Below, piece after piece: positions 39,108 to 48,137 of a stretch of DNA of 64,000 nucleotides. Location: NCBI GenBank assembly GCA_037440465.1, contig JBBIUB010000003.1, positions 7,780 to 71,779 on the forward strand. Direction: 5' to 3'. Both the position numbers and the translations under genes were made by a program. Source of the stretch: Coprothermobacterota bacterium. GTDB lineage: Bacteria; Coprothermobacterota; HKB111. The notes under the pieces were generated by a model, which saw only the letters and a list, made by a program, of their open reading frames with translations, was not told the DNA's origin and searched no databases. Position 1 is the stretch's first letter; every line of letters starts with the position of its first letter.

Positions 39108-39556
39108 CTTTGCTGACCTTTTAATAAGCGAGAGATCTCACGCCTGGTCTCTCGCTTTTTTATTTCTTCCCTTTTATCAATGAGTCTTTTCCCTCTACCA
39201 AGCGATATTGATACCTTAACCCAGCTGTTTTTAAAGTATATTTTGGTTGGTACAAGTGCAAAACCTTTTTGACTTACCTGTCCAATAAGACGACTTATCT
39301 CTCTTTTATTTAGAAGAAGTTTACGGGGTCTATCCTCTTTAGGAGCAAACGTTGAGGTTGTTTTATATCTTCCGATGTGAAGGCCATGAAGCCAGATCTC
39401 TCCATCTATAATCTCACAATGGGCACTTTTGAAGGAAGCTCTCCCTTCTCTAATGGCTTTAACTTCAGAGCCCAGAAGCACTATTCCTGCTTCCCTGCTA
39501 TCCTCCAGCTCAAAGTTAGCTATAGCTTTTCTATTTACTCCTATTATTTTTTCCAT
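39104..39556 (-). CDS. smpB: SsrA-binding protein
   Basis: NRKA, EAGIVLLGSEVKAIR, RKLLL, GRGK..DKRE. Confidence 0.97.
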   Translation of the reverse strand: MEKIIGVNRKAIANFELEDSREAGIVLLGSEVKAIREGRASFKSAHCEIIDGEIWLHGLHIGRYKTTSTFAPKEDRPRKLLLNKREISRLIGQVSQKGFALVPTKIYFKNSWVKVSISLGRGKRLIDKREEIKKRETRREISRLLKGQQS

Positions 39557-39562
39557 AATATT

Positions 39563-39600
39563 ATTATATGTTGAAAATCTGTATTTTTAAGCTTTATAAT
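39563..39600. promoter_or_regulatory. Back-to-back promoters: minus-strand TATAAT (39563-39568) for smpB; plus-strand TTGAAA-18-TATAAT (39571-39600) for the DUF2207 gene
   Basis: Motifs read directly in the 75-nt intergenic region. Confidence 0.6.
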
Positions 39601-39631
39601 GTTATATGAGTTATAAAAAAAGGAGGATGAT

Positions 39632-41404
39632 ATGAAGTTAAAGATTTTACTATTTACCATAATGTTTATTCTTATTCTCCCTTCTCAGGTATTAGCCAAA
39701 GATTATTCCATACCCACGGTATCCATAAAAGCTGTAATAAATCAGGATGGAAATTTTAGTTTTTATGAAGAGAGAACCTTCAGTTTTGACGGCTCATTCT
39801 CCTTTGGATTCTACGATCTTCCAAGACAAGGTTTTAAAACCCTCTACGGGGTCCAGGTACTTGAAGATGGTAACCCCCTGATTAATGAAACCAGTAAAAA
39901 TGCTGGTACTTTTTATATTGAAGAGTTCCCTGATAAATATAGAATCCATTATTTTTATAATGCTTACTATGAAAAGAAAACTTTCACCTTTATATTCACA
40001 GCTAAAGAGGCAGTTAAGGTTTATGAAGACTATGGTGAATTCTATTGGAAACTTCAAGGGAGTGGTTGGGAAAGGCCTGTAGGAGATTTCAGTGCTGAAA
40101 TTGAGTTAGTTCAACCCGTTCCAGTTGATGATTTCTTAGTCTGGGCACACGGACCACTTTGGGGAGAGATCAAAAAATTAAATGAACAAAAAATACTTGT
40201 TAAGGTTTTAAATGTACCCTCTAACACCTTTGTAGAAGCCCGAATTCTTATTCCATCATCTTATTTTGTAGATGCCATTATAAAAAAAGGGGTTATTAAA
40301 GATAAGGTGTTAAAAGAGGAAGGCTCGCTTGTAAGAAGAGCAAATCGTATCAGGTTTATTTTGAAATCTCTCCCTTTTTTAAGCCTTCTTATATTTGCTG
40401 TACTACTAATAATATTCTTTCGTGTATATTCTAAATATGGCTTAGAATTCAATATCCCCAAAAACTTCATATATTACAGAGAACCTCCCTCAAAAATGAC
40501 TCCTGCTATAGTCGGTTCTATATTAAGTTTCAATAAATTTAAGCCAAGTTTTCTACAGGCTACAATTCTTGACCTTCTAAGAAAAGGTTATATCGAAATG
40601 GAAGAGATACCAAAAAAACAACGAAGGAATGATTATCTTCTAAAACTTGTAAATAATCACTTTGGAAAGTTAGAAGATTTTGAACAACTTCTATTAAATA
40701 GAATCCTCTTTGATAAATCACCAGAAGTAATAATCTCGCAACTCCCTAAAAAAATGCAATCAAATAAGACTCATTATAAATATGTCTTTGACGATTTTAT
40801 TAAAAAAATAAACAATGAAGTAATAAAAAATAAATATTTTGATACTAAAAGCGAAAAAATTTCCTGGGTTATCCTGGGAGTTGGTATATTTCTGATGTTT
40901 ATAACTCTACCTTTAGCAGCAATTCTTCACCCATCTTTTACAATTCTATATATATCAGGTGTCACCTATATTCTTGGAGGAATTTTTGCCATACCCAGAA
41001 GAACTACTAAAGGCAAGGAAGAGTTTGATAAATGGTTGGGATTTAAATCTTTTCTTAAAGACTTCTCTAATCTTAAGGAATATGGACCAAAATCCATAAT
41101 TATCTGGGAGGAATACTTGGTGTATGCCACCGTCTTTGGTGTTGCTAAGAATGTACTAAAAGTTCTTAAAATCACTTTTCCTCAAATTAATGATATAGAT
41201 AAATCCAGAATATTTGCTTTTACTTCCCTTTCCTCAGGTATGCCTGCTTCTAATATTAATCAGGCTTTCTCTTCGTTAAATAGTGCGTTCTCTTCCTTAG
41301 GAAAGGTAGCCTCCATCAGTTATAGTTCTTCTTCCGGTGGAGGTGGAGGATTCTCCGGTGGTGGAGGTGGTGGAGGTGGAGGGTCTGGTGGAGGGGTAGG
41401 TTAA
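39632..41404 (+). CDS. DUF2207 (YciQ-like) membrane protein
   Basis: Signal peptide, WAHGPL, YYREPP, WEEYLVYATVFGVA, Gly/Ser-rich C-terminus. Confidence 0.9.
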   Translation: MKLKILLFTIMFILILPSQVLAKDYSIPTVSIKAVINQDGNFSFYEERTFSFDGSFSFGFYDLPRQGFKTLYGVQVLEDGNPLINETSKNAGTFYIEEFPDKYRIHYFYNAYYEKKTFTFIFTAKEAVKVYEDYGEFYWKLQGSGWERPVGDFSAEIELVQPVPVDDFLVWAHGPLWGEIKKLNEQKILVKVLNVPSNTFVEARILIPSSYFVDAIIKKGVIKDKVLKEEGSLVRRANRIRFILKSLPFLSLLIFAVLLIIFFRVYSKYGLEFNIPKNFIYYREPPSKMTPAIVGSILSFNKFKPSFLQATILDLLRKGYIEMEEIPKKQRRNDYLLKLVNNHFGKLEDFEQLLLNRILFDKSPEVIISQLPKKMQSNKTHYKYVFDDFIKKINNEVIKNKYFDTKSEKISWVILGVGIFLMFITLPLAAILHPSFTILYISGVTYILGGIFAIPRRTTKGKEEFDKWLGFKSFLKDFSNLKEYGPKSIIIWEEYLVYATVFGVAKNVLKVLKITFPQINDIDKSRIFAFTSLSSGMPASNINQAFSSLNSAFSSLGKVASISYSSSSGGGGGFSGGGGGGGGGSGGGVG

Positions 41405-41421
41405 TAAAACCAATATGCAAA

Positions 41422-41448
41422 GAGACCCTGAAACAAATTCAAGGTGAC
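41422..41448. repeat. REP-like palindrome between convergent genes
   Basis: Minus strand GTCACCTTGAA-TTTGT-TTCAGGGTCTC: 8-bp stem (one G-U pair) with a GTCA tag. Confidence 0.5.
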
Positions 41449-41509
41449 AATTACGCTCATGGAATTTCCATTAATATAATTAGTTATAAGTATTTACTGA
41501 ACTACAGTT

Positions 41510-42685
41510 CTATAGTTTGTTCAGAAAATCCTTTATCTTCTCTACTGCTAACGTTATATTCTCCAGGCTGTTAGCGAAGGAAAAACGAATATGTCCCTCT
41601 CCATAAGAACCGAATGCTGTTCCCGATAAACCAGCAACTCCTGCTTCGTTAAGCAGACGCGAAGCCAGCTCCTGGGAGTTCAACCCAAACCCTCTGAAGC
41701 TTGGGAACACATAGAAAGCTCCATCTGGTGGTACACAACGAACACCGGGAATTTCATTTAGAGCCTTTACAAAAAATTCTCTTCTACGTTTGAACTCTGT
41801 TACCATATTTTCTGACTCTGTTTGGGGACCTTCTAAAGCTTCGATTCCTGCCATCTGCACAAAAGCAGTAGCATGTGAATATGTATTAATAGATAAAGTA
41901 GTCATTTTAGCTACAAGGTCTTTTGGAGCTACTCCAAATCCCAATCGCCAGCCAGTCATAGCATAAATTTTTGAGAAACCATCAATAATGATGCTCTGGT
42001 CTTTCATACCTGATAGAGAACAAATTGAAGGAGTGGGTATGCTCATGTCGTAGGCTATTCTGTTATAAATCTCATCTGTCATCACCCAGATGCCCTTACC
42101 TCTTACTAAATCAGCTATCTCTTTAAGCTCCTCCATTGCATGAGTAGCGCCAGTAGGGTTATGAGGAGTATTCATAATTAACATCTTTGTCTTAGGATTA
42201 ATAAGCCTTTTTAACAAAGATAAATCTGGTTTGAACTGATTTTCTTCCAGATAGGGTAGAGGTACTGGTATACCACCAACAAAGTTGATTAAAGACTCAT
42301 AAATTGGATAGCCTGGATTTGGATATATAACTTCATCACCCACATCTACCAGTGCAGTAATCGCAAAGTTCATAACGGGTTTGGCTCCCGCGGTAATAAT
42401 TACTTCATCAGGAGATACTTCTATTCCCCTCAATCTTCCAGCATACCTCGCTATTGCTTCTCTAACAGTTCTTATGCCAGGCGCTGGAACATAGTGAGTA
42501 TAACCATCTTGCAATGCTTTAAAAGCAGATTCTTTTATATTTGAAGGTGTATCAAAATCTGGTTCACCTATCTCAAGATGAATGATGGTTTTCCCCTGAG
42601 CTTCCAGAGCCCTCGCTTTAGCTAAAACTTCAAAGGCTCCTTCAGTACCCAGCCTTGACATTCTATTTGCATAAAATTGATCCAA
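41510..42685 (-). CDS. PLP-dependent aminotransferase class I/II (aspartate aminotransferase-like)
   Basis: IGEPDF, NTPHNPTG, DEIY, GFSKIYAMTGWRLG, GAFY. Confidence 0.93.
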   Translation of the reverse strand: MDQFYANRMSRLGTEGAFEVLAKARALEAQGKTIIHLEIGEPDFDTPSNIKESAFKALQDGYTHYVPAPGIRTVREAIARYAGRLRGIEVSPDEVIITAGAKPVMNFAITALVDVGDEVIYPNPGYPIYESLINFVGGIPVPLPYLEENQFKPDLSLLKRLINPKTKMLIMNTPHNPTGATHAMEELKEIADLVRGKGIWVMTDEIYNRIAYDMSIPTPSICSLSGMKDQSIIIDGFSKIYAMTGWRLGFGVAPKDLVAKMTTLSINTYSHATAFVQMAGIEALEGPQTESENMVTEFKRRREFFVKALNEIPGVRCVPPDGAFYVFPSFRGFGLNSQELASRLLNEAGVAGLSGTAFGSYGEGHIRFSFANSLENITLAVEKIKDFLNKL

Positions 42686-42790
42686 TTTATATTACCTCCT
42701 GGGTTTTAATTCTTACTAATTATAACATCAAAATAAGTGATTAAGAGAACGCATGTTATAATAGATAAAAAGATGTTTTGGAGGAATAAT

Positions 42791-43543
42791 GTGGAAATAA
42801 AGGTTTTAAATGAAAATGTAGATGACCTTTATAACTTCTGTGCGCCTACTATTGAAAGCCTTAAAGAAAGCACTTCTTTTTTTTCTAAAAATACTCAAGA
42901 GGGTTGGTTGGGAATGGTAGTTTATGATGAAGGAATGGTTAAAGCCATGGCCTGCCTTCAACCCCTGGAAACCTCCATGGTCAACCTGGAAGGTGAAGAC
43001 CTATACTTCCTGCCCTGTTTCTGGGTAAAACCAGGAGAAGAAAAGAAAGGCTATGGTAAGGCTTTGATGGACAAAGTTCTTGAGTTATCCGGCTCAAAAA
43101 AAGGTGTGGTCACAGAGACAGAAGAAGAATGGATGCCGGCTTCCTTTTTTAAGAAATTTGGCTTTGAAAAGGTGATAGAGAAGGATCCTATTAAAATCCT
43201 CCTCAAGAAATTTGACCCTAAAGCCTGTATTAGTATGATCCCCACTGGTTTCCAGCCCCTAATAGTTCCAAATAAAATAATAATTGAGGTTGTATACAAC
43301 CCCCTCTGTCCTTATATACTGAACAACTATGAAGTGGCTATCAATAAATCTCTGGAGTTCGCTCCTTATGTTCATGTATTAAAACATTATATTACTTGTA
43401 GAGAAGATACACTTAAATTTGGGGAGAGTAATTTTTATGTAGATGGAGATACTCCTTTTAGGGGACCTGTTAACCTTGAAAAATTAGTAATAATGATAAA
43501 AGATAAAATTGAAGTAATAACAAAAACTGGAGGGGGAATTTAA
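42791..43543 (+). CDS. GNAT acetyltransferase with YoaP-like C-terminal domain
   Basis: CFWV..KKGYGKAL, FFKKFGF, CPY; start moved to GTG 42791 because GGAGG SD and TGTTATAAT (42754-42762) lie inside the track ORF. Confidence 0.75.
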   Translation: MEIKVLNENVDDLYNFCAPTIESLKESTSFFSKNTQEGWLGMVVYDEGMVKAMACLQPLETSMVNLEGEDLYFLPCFWVKPGEEKKGYGKALMDKVLELSGSKKGVVTETEEEWMPASFFKKFGFEKVIEKDPIKILLKKFDPKACISMIPTGFQPLIVPNKIIIEVVYNPLCPYILNNYEVAINKSLEFAPYVHVLKHYITCREDTLKFGESNFYVDGDTPFRGPVNLEKLVIMIKDKIEVITKTGGGI

Positions 43544-43551
43544 ATTCCTTT

Positions 43552-44535
43552 ATGCCAGCTAATCTACCCCCTCAATATTATGAAGCAGAAAGAAGATACA
43601 GAGAAGCTAAAATTGTAGAAGACAAGATTGAAGCTCTCAGGGAAATGATGGCTATCATGCCTAAACACAAGGGCACTGATAAACTGAGGGCAGACCACAG
43701 AAAAAAACTATCAAAACTTCTGGAAGAATCTCAGAAAAGACCTAAAAAGCTGGGAAGAGGTCTGGATCACATTCCTAGAGAAGGCATAGCTCAGGTTGTT
43801 CTAGTTGGTCCACCAAACTCAGGGAAATCTTCTTTCTTAAATTTGGTCACTAACGCTGAGTCAATTGTAGCTGATTATCCTTTTTCCACTTCCATGCCAT
43901 CAGTTGGCATGATGACTTTTGAAGATATCCAGATTCAACTTGTTGATTTGCCACCCATTTGGAAAAGTACTGAATCCTGGGTATATAACCTTATTCGTAA
44001 CTGTGATCTGGCTTTGATTTTCCTTGATTTAAGCAGCGATAATCCAGGAGAAGACCTTTTTTCTCTTTTAGAACAATTCAAAGAACGTAAGATTATCATA
44101 ACCCAAAAAAAAGAAGAGCAGGACGAAGAATCATCTTATAGACAAATTCCAGGTATAGTAATCTGTAATAAATCTGATCTTTCAGACTCTCCAAGCAAGA
44201 TAAAGAATATTGAAGATGTATCTAATAAACTTAAAATTATTCTCATTTCTACCCTAAACCATACAAATATTGATGAGACAAAAAGAATCATCTTTGACTC
44301 ATTGAGCCTGATAAGAGTCTATACAAAAAAACCAGGTTATCCACCTGACCTGAAACAACCTTATATTCTTCCAGTTGGCAGCACAATGTTAGATGTCGTT
44401 TCAGCTATTCATAAGGATTTAATCAAATTTCTTAAATTCGCCCGTATCTGGAGTAAAGATGGTCTAATCAAGGGTATGCCTATTGAAAAAGGTTACATTG
44501 TTAAAGATGGTGATATCTTAGAATTTCATCGCTAA
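43552..44535 (+). CDS. DRG/Rbg1-type OBG-family GTPase with TGS domain
   Basis: MPANLPP..PKHKGTDKL N-terminus, GPPNSGKS, YPFST, QLVDLPP, NKSD, IRVYTK..IHKD..DGDILE TGS. Confidence 0.9.
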   Translation: MPANLPPQYYEAERRYREAKIVEDKIEALREMMAIMPKHKGTDKLRADHRKKLSKLLEESQKRPKKLGRGLDHIPREGIAQVVLVGPPNSGKSSFLNLVTNAESIVADYPFSTSMPSVGMMTFEDIQIQLVDLPPIWKSTESWVYNLIRNCDLALIFLDLSSDNPGEDLFSLLEQFKERKIIITQKKEEQDEESSYRQIPGIVICNKSDLSDSPSKIKNIEDVSNKLKIILISTLNHTNIDETKRIIFDSLSLIRVYTKKPGYPPDLKQPYILPVGSTMLDVVSAIHKDLIKFLKFARIWSKDGLIKGMPIEKGYIVKDGDILEFHR

Positions 44536-44540
44536 CGAAG

Positions 44541-44635
44541 AGTGATAGGTGACCACTCATCACAGCTTTTAAATTACCCGTCACATATTACGAATTACAA
44601 TTTACACACCACACATCCCTTAACCCATGAAACCT
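44541..44635. repeat. Degenerate heptamer repeat element (copy 2)
   Basis: GTGATAG GTGACCA then ATCACAG..ATTACCC GTCACAT ATTACGA ATTACAA TTTACAC ACCACAC; same units as 58817-58885. Confidence 0.6.
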
Positions 44636-44642
44636 ACCCAAA

Positions 44643-44651
44643 TGCTATAAT
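44643..44651 (+). promoter_or_regulatory. Extended -10 promoter (TGCTATAAT) of the rubredoxin-DUF362-Rcl-birA-sua5 operon
   Basis: TGnTATAAT 35 nt upstream of the ATG at 44687. Confidence 0.7.
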
Positions 44652-44686
44652 AATTTTATAAAACCCATTAAAAAAGGAGGTTTTAA

Positions 44687-44791
44687 ATGGCGATTTTTAT
44701 CTGTAGTAATTGCGGCCATAAAGTTGAGGCAAGATGTAAGCCTGGAAAGTGCCCTAACTGTGGTAGCACTGACAGTTTCAAAAAGTCGTAA
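44687..44791 (+). CDS. 34-aa RCKP-type rubredoxin-like protein (not in ORF track)
   Basis: AAGGAGG SD, ATG; MAIFICSNCGHKVEARCKPGKCPNCGSTDSFKKS; two CxxCG knuckles plus RCKP; stop 1 nt before the next ATG. Confidence 0.9.
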   Translation: MAIFICSNCGHKVEARCKPGKCPNCGSTDSFKKS

Positions 44792-44792
44792 A

Positions 44793-45902
44793 ATGGATAG
44801 CATCAGCACAGTTTTTTTCGTGAGCTTGCGTGCAGAAAGCAAGACAACAAGCCTTATTGAGAAGCTCAGGAGAGCTTTTAAGGCTACAAATCCTGAGAAA
44901 ATTTTCCAGAAAAATGACATTATTGCAATAAAAACACACTTTGGTGAACCGGGTAACACTGGATTTGTTTCACCAATTTATTTTCATCCTCTTGTAGATG
45001 AGTTACTTTATTTAAACACTAAACCGTTCCTCACTGATAGCAACACACTTTACGTAGGGCAAAGAGCTAATAGCGTTGACCATTTGAAGGCAGCTAATCG
45101 ACATGGATTTTCCTACTCTACATTTCAAATTCCTACCATCATTGCAGATGGCCTCCTGGGTAATGATGTAGTTGAAGTTGTAGTCAACCTTAAACACTTC
45201 AAGACAATCCCAGTCTCTTCGTCCTGCTATTTTGCTTCCTCTTTCCTGGTTGTTTCCCATGTTAAAGGACATATGGGTTTTGGTTTTGGTGGAGCTCTTA
45301 AAAATGTTGGAATGGGTATGATAGGAAGGATGGGAAAATATCGTATTCATTCTTCAACCAAACCCTCACAAAAGCTGGAGAATTGCATTAGTTGCAGTCT
45401 ATGTATCCCTGTTTGTCCCGGAAATGCCCTTTCTTTAGGTTCAGATAATATAATCAATATTGATTATGAAAAGTGCATTGGATGTGGGGCTTGTATACCT
45501 GCATGCCCTCAGCATGTATTCCGTTTTGATTGGGACAAAGCCTCAAAAACTATGTACGAGAAATTAGCAGAAGCATGCTTGGGAGTTCTTAAAGGTAAGA
45601 AATCTGTTTTCTTTAATTTTTTAATTGACATCACTCCTGATTGTGATTGTGCTTCCTGGAGTGATTCCCCAGTAGCTAAAGACATCGGAATATTGATCTC
45701 CAGAGACCCTGTGGCTATAGACCAAGCTTCTCTTGACCTTCTCAAAACCACCCGACCACTTCACCCATCGGCTTTAAGAGACGAGATTAAAGAAGACCCC
45801 CTAAGCAACCTGCGTCCACAACTTCACCCTCAAACCCTTCTGGACTATGCTAATTTTATTGGCCTTGGAAATAAAAAATACCAGTTGGAAGAAATTAAGT
45901 GA
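44793..45902 (+). CDS. DUF362 domain Fe-S protein with 2x[4Fe-4S] ferredoxin insert
   Basis: KTHFGEPGN, TDSNTLY, IIADGL.G, SHVKGH..FGGALKNVGMG, two CxxCxxCxxxCP, PDCDC, DPVAIDQAS; start at ATG 44793 rather than 44724. Confidence 0.9.
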   Translation: MDSISTVFFVSLRAESKTTSLIEKLRRAFKATNPEKIFQKNDIIAIKTHFGEPGNTGFVSPIYFHPLVDELLYLNTKPFLTDSNTLYVGQRANSVDHLKAANRHGFSYSTFQIPTIIADGLLGNDVVEVVVNLKHFKTIPVSSSCYFASSFLVVSHVKGHMGFGFGGALKNVGMGMIGRMGKYRIHSSTKPSQKLENCISCSLCIPVCPGNALSLGSDNIINIDYEKCIGCGACIPACPQHVFRFDWDKASKTMYEKLAEACLGVLKGKKSVFFNFLIDITPDCDCASWSDSPVAKDIGILISRDPVAIDQASLDLLKTTRPLHPSALRDEIKEDPLSNLRPQLHPQTLLDYANFIGLGNKKYQLEEIK

Positions 45903-46324
45903 AGATTTATTTTGCTGGCTCTATACTAGGTGGGAGAAAATACGAAAAGACCTATCAAATGATTGTAGATTATCTTAAAGATTGTGGCCATTTCGTACTA
46001 ACAGAACATGTGGCTTATCCAAAAAAGGTATTAAGCTTGAAAGGAAGTAAAAATTTATTCATTCAAGATATGGAATGGTTAGCTGAGTGCGATCTTCTAA
46101 TTGCTGAGGTTAGTAATCCTTCTTTAGGAGTGGGTTATGAAATAGCTACTGCCATACAGGCTAATAAACCCGTACTTTGCCTTTATCAAGAAGGGGTAAG
46201 TGTCTCCAATCTCATTGTGGATAATACTTCTGAAAATATAACTATAAATTCCTATCAGAATGAACTCGAACTGAAGGAAAAGATAAAAAAGTACCTTAAC
46301 CTTACAAAAAATGAGGTTTTTTGA
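45899..46324 (+). CDS. Nucleoside 2-deoxyribosyltransferase family; Rcl/DNPH1-like deoxynucleotide N-hydrolase
   Basis: KIYFAGSI.GGR, VLTEHV, D.EWL..CD..IAEVS.PSLGVGYEI. Confidence 0.88.
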   Translation: MKIYFAGSILGGRKYEKTYQMIVDYLKDCGHFVLTEHVAYPKKVLSLKGSKNLFIQDMEWLAECDLLIAEVSNPSLGVGYEIATAIQANKPVLCLYQEGVSVSNLIVDNTSENITINSYQNELELKEKIKKYLNLTKNEVF

Positions 46325-47091
46325 AACTGAACCTTAATACAGGAATTATTGGGCATAAGATATTCTGTATTTACTCTACCTCCTCTACCAATAACATAGC
46401 CCGTAATTTAGCTGAAGAAGGTCAATTAGAAGGTACAGCTGTTCTGGCAGAGGAACAGACTGGTGGCAGGGGAAGAAATCAAAAAAGCTGGTTTTCACCG
46501 CAAGGTAGTGGTATTTATTTATCTATTATTCTAAAGCCTGTCATACCTCAAGAAAAGGTCGGACTTATTACATTAATTGCCGGCCTGGCTATAGCAGAAG
46601 CGATGGAAAAAGTAAGCGATGTAAGGGTAGATATAAAATGGCCAAATGATTTAATTATTAATGGTAGAAAGGTAGGTGGTATCCTAACCGAAGCTTTCTT
46701 TGATTCTGAAAATCTTAAATACATAATTCTGGGCATAGGAATTAATGTAACAGGTAGTGATACAGAATTTCCTCTGGAACTTAGAGGTAAAGCTACTACT
46801 TTAGAAATTGAAGCAGGAAAACAGCTTGATAAGAAAACATTATTAATACAACTTTTGGAAAACCTTGAAGATGAATACCGTAATTTTTGCTTATCTTACT
46901 CTTTAGACTTAAAGAAAATAAAGGAAAAGATGGCTTTTATGTGGGGAAGAGAAGGTTTATTTTTTGAGCACGACAAAGTAGTTCATAAAGGAACCATAAT
47001 TGACTTAAATGGAGATGGTTCTCTGATTCTTCAAAGTAATGGGAAAACTATTAGTATCTATCATGGGGAGTTGAGCCTTCAAATACAGTGA
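46321..47091 (+). CDS. birA: Biotin--[acetyl-CoA-carboxylase] ligase, class I (no HTH)
   Basis: STN, QTGGRGR, KWPND, KVGGIL, GIGIN. Confidence 0.95.
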   Translation: MKLNLNTGIIGHKIFCIYSTSSTNNIARNLAEEGQLEGTAVLAEEQTGGRGRNQKSWFSPQGSGIYLSIILKPVIPQEKVGLITLIAGLAIAEAMEKVSDVRVDIKWPNDLIINGRKVGGILTEAFFDSENLKYIILGIGINVTGSDTEFPLELRGKATTLEIEAGKQLDKKTLLIQLLENLEDEYRNFCLSYSLDLKKIKEKMAFMWGREGLFFEHDKVVHKGTIIDLNGDGSLILQSNGKTISIYHGELSLQIQ

Positions 47092-48134
47092 AAACCAGAA
47101 TATTACAGATAGACCCTTTAAACCTAAAACCTGAAATATTGGAGGAAGCAGTTTTCATCCTGAGAAGGGGTGGATTAGTAGCTTTTCCCACAGAGACTGT
47201 CTATGGCCTTGGTGGAGATACTTTCAAGGTTGAATCTATAAAAAAAATCTATAAAACAAAAGGAAGGCCTATTGATAATCCCTTGATAGTTCACATTTCT
47301 TCGCTGGATGAAGTTGACAAAGTAGTTAAAGAGATTCCAGACATGGCTTACAAACTCATGGAGATTTTCTTCCCTGGACCTCTAACCCTAATCCTTCCCC
47401 GTAAAGAGGATGTTCCTCCTGAGGTCTCAGCCTTTCTCCCCACCGTAGCTGTTCGCATGCCAGCTCATCCAGTTGCCCTTACCTTAATAAAATTACTGAA
47501 CTCCCCCATAGCCGCCCCCAGCGCAAATAAATCCTCGAGAGTAAGCCCCGTTACAGCCAGCCATGTCTACGAAGAACTAAAAGGAGAAATAGACCTTATC
47601 CTTGATGGCGGAAAGACACCACTGGGACTGGAATCTACTGTGGTTGACCTTACAAAAAAACTGCCTTTTATTCTAAGACCCGGTGTGATATCTTTAGAAG
47701 AATTAAGAGAGTTTATACCCTCTATAGAAGAGATAAACTATCTCGATTCATCCGATTTGTTAGAGAAACCCCTCTCTCCAGGTATGAAGTACAAACACTA
47801 CTCTCCTAAAATTCCCTTAATTCTATTCACTGGCTCTATTCCTAACCTCTGGCAGGAAATCCAGAAAGAAAAAATAGAAAGGGAAGATAAAGGTGAAAGA
47901 GTTGGACTTCTTTTAACTGAAGAGGGGTTTAATTATCTTGGAAAACCAAAAGATATCGCAATAATGGGCTCAATAAATAATCCAATGGAAGTAGCTTCAC
48001 GCCTTTATCTAACTCTTAGAGATCTGGAAAAAGAGTTCACTGCTATATTAGTTGAAGGGTTGGAGGAAAAAGGTGTTGGGAGAGCCATTATGAACCGTCT
48101 AAAAAAAGCTTCCTGTAAAATTATTAAAGTTTAA
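47088..48134 (+). CDS. sua5: L-threonylcarbamoyladenylate synthase (Sua5-type)
   Basis: FPTETVYGLG, KGRP.DNPLIVH, PGPLT, APSAN, ESTV, PGMKYKHYSP. Confidence 0.96.
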   Translation: MKTRILQIDPLNLKPEILEEAVFILRRGGLVAFPTETVYGLGGDTFKVESIKKIYKTKGRPIDNPLIVHISSLDEVDKVVKEIPDMAYKLMEIFFPGPLTLILPRKEDVPPEVSAFLPTVAVRMPAHPVALTLIKLLNSPIAAPSANKSSRVSPVTASHVYEELKGEIDLILDGGKTPLGLESTVVDLTKKLPFILRPGVISLEELREFIPSIEEINYLDSSDLLEKPLSPGMKYKHYSPKIPLILFTGSIPNLWQEIQKEKIEREDKGERVGLLLTEEGFNYLGKPKDIAIMGSINNPMEVASRLYLTLRDLEKEFTAILVEGLEEKGVGRAIMNRLKKASCKIIKV

Positions 48135-48137
48135 ATC

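Noticed and set aside
41335-41401. GGT/GGA tandem repeats
   Set aside because: They encode the normal poly-Gly tail of DUF2207 proteins.
44645-44959. 104-aa minus-strand ORF and the 23-codon N-terminal extension of the DUF362 ORF
   Set aside because: The region is explained by the RCKP rubredoxin gene with a strong SD and the DUF362 ATG at 44793.
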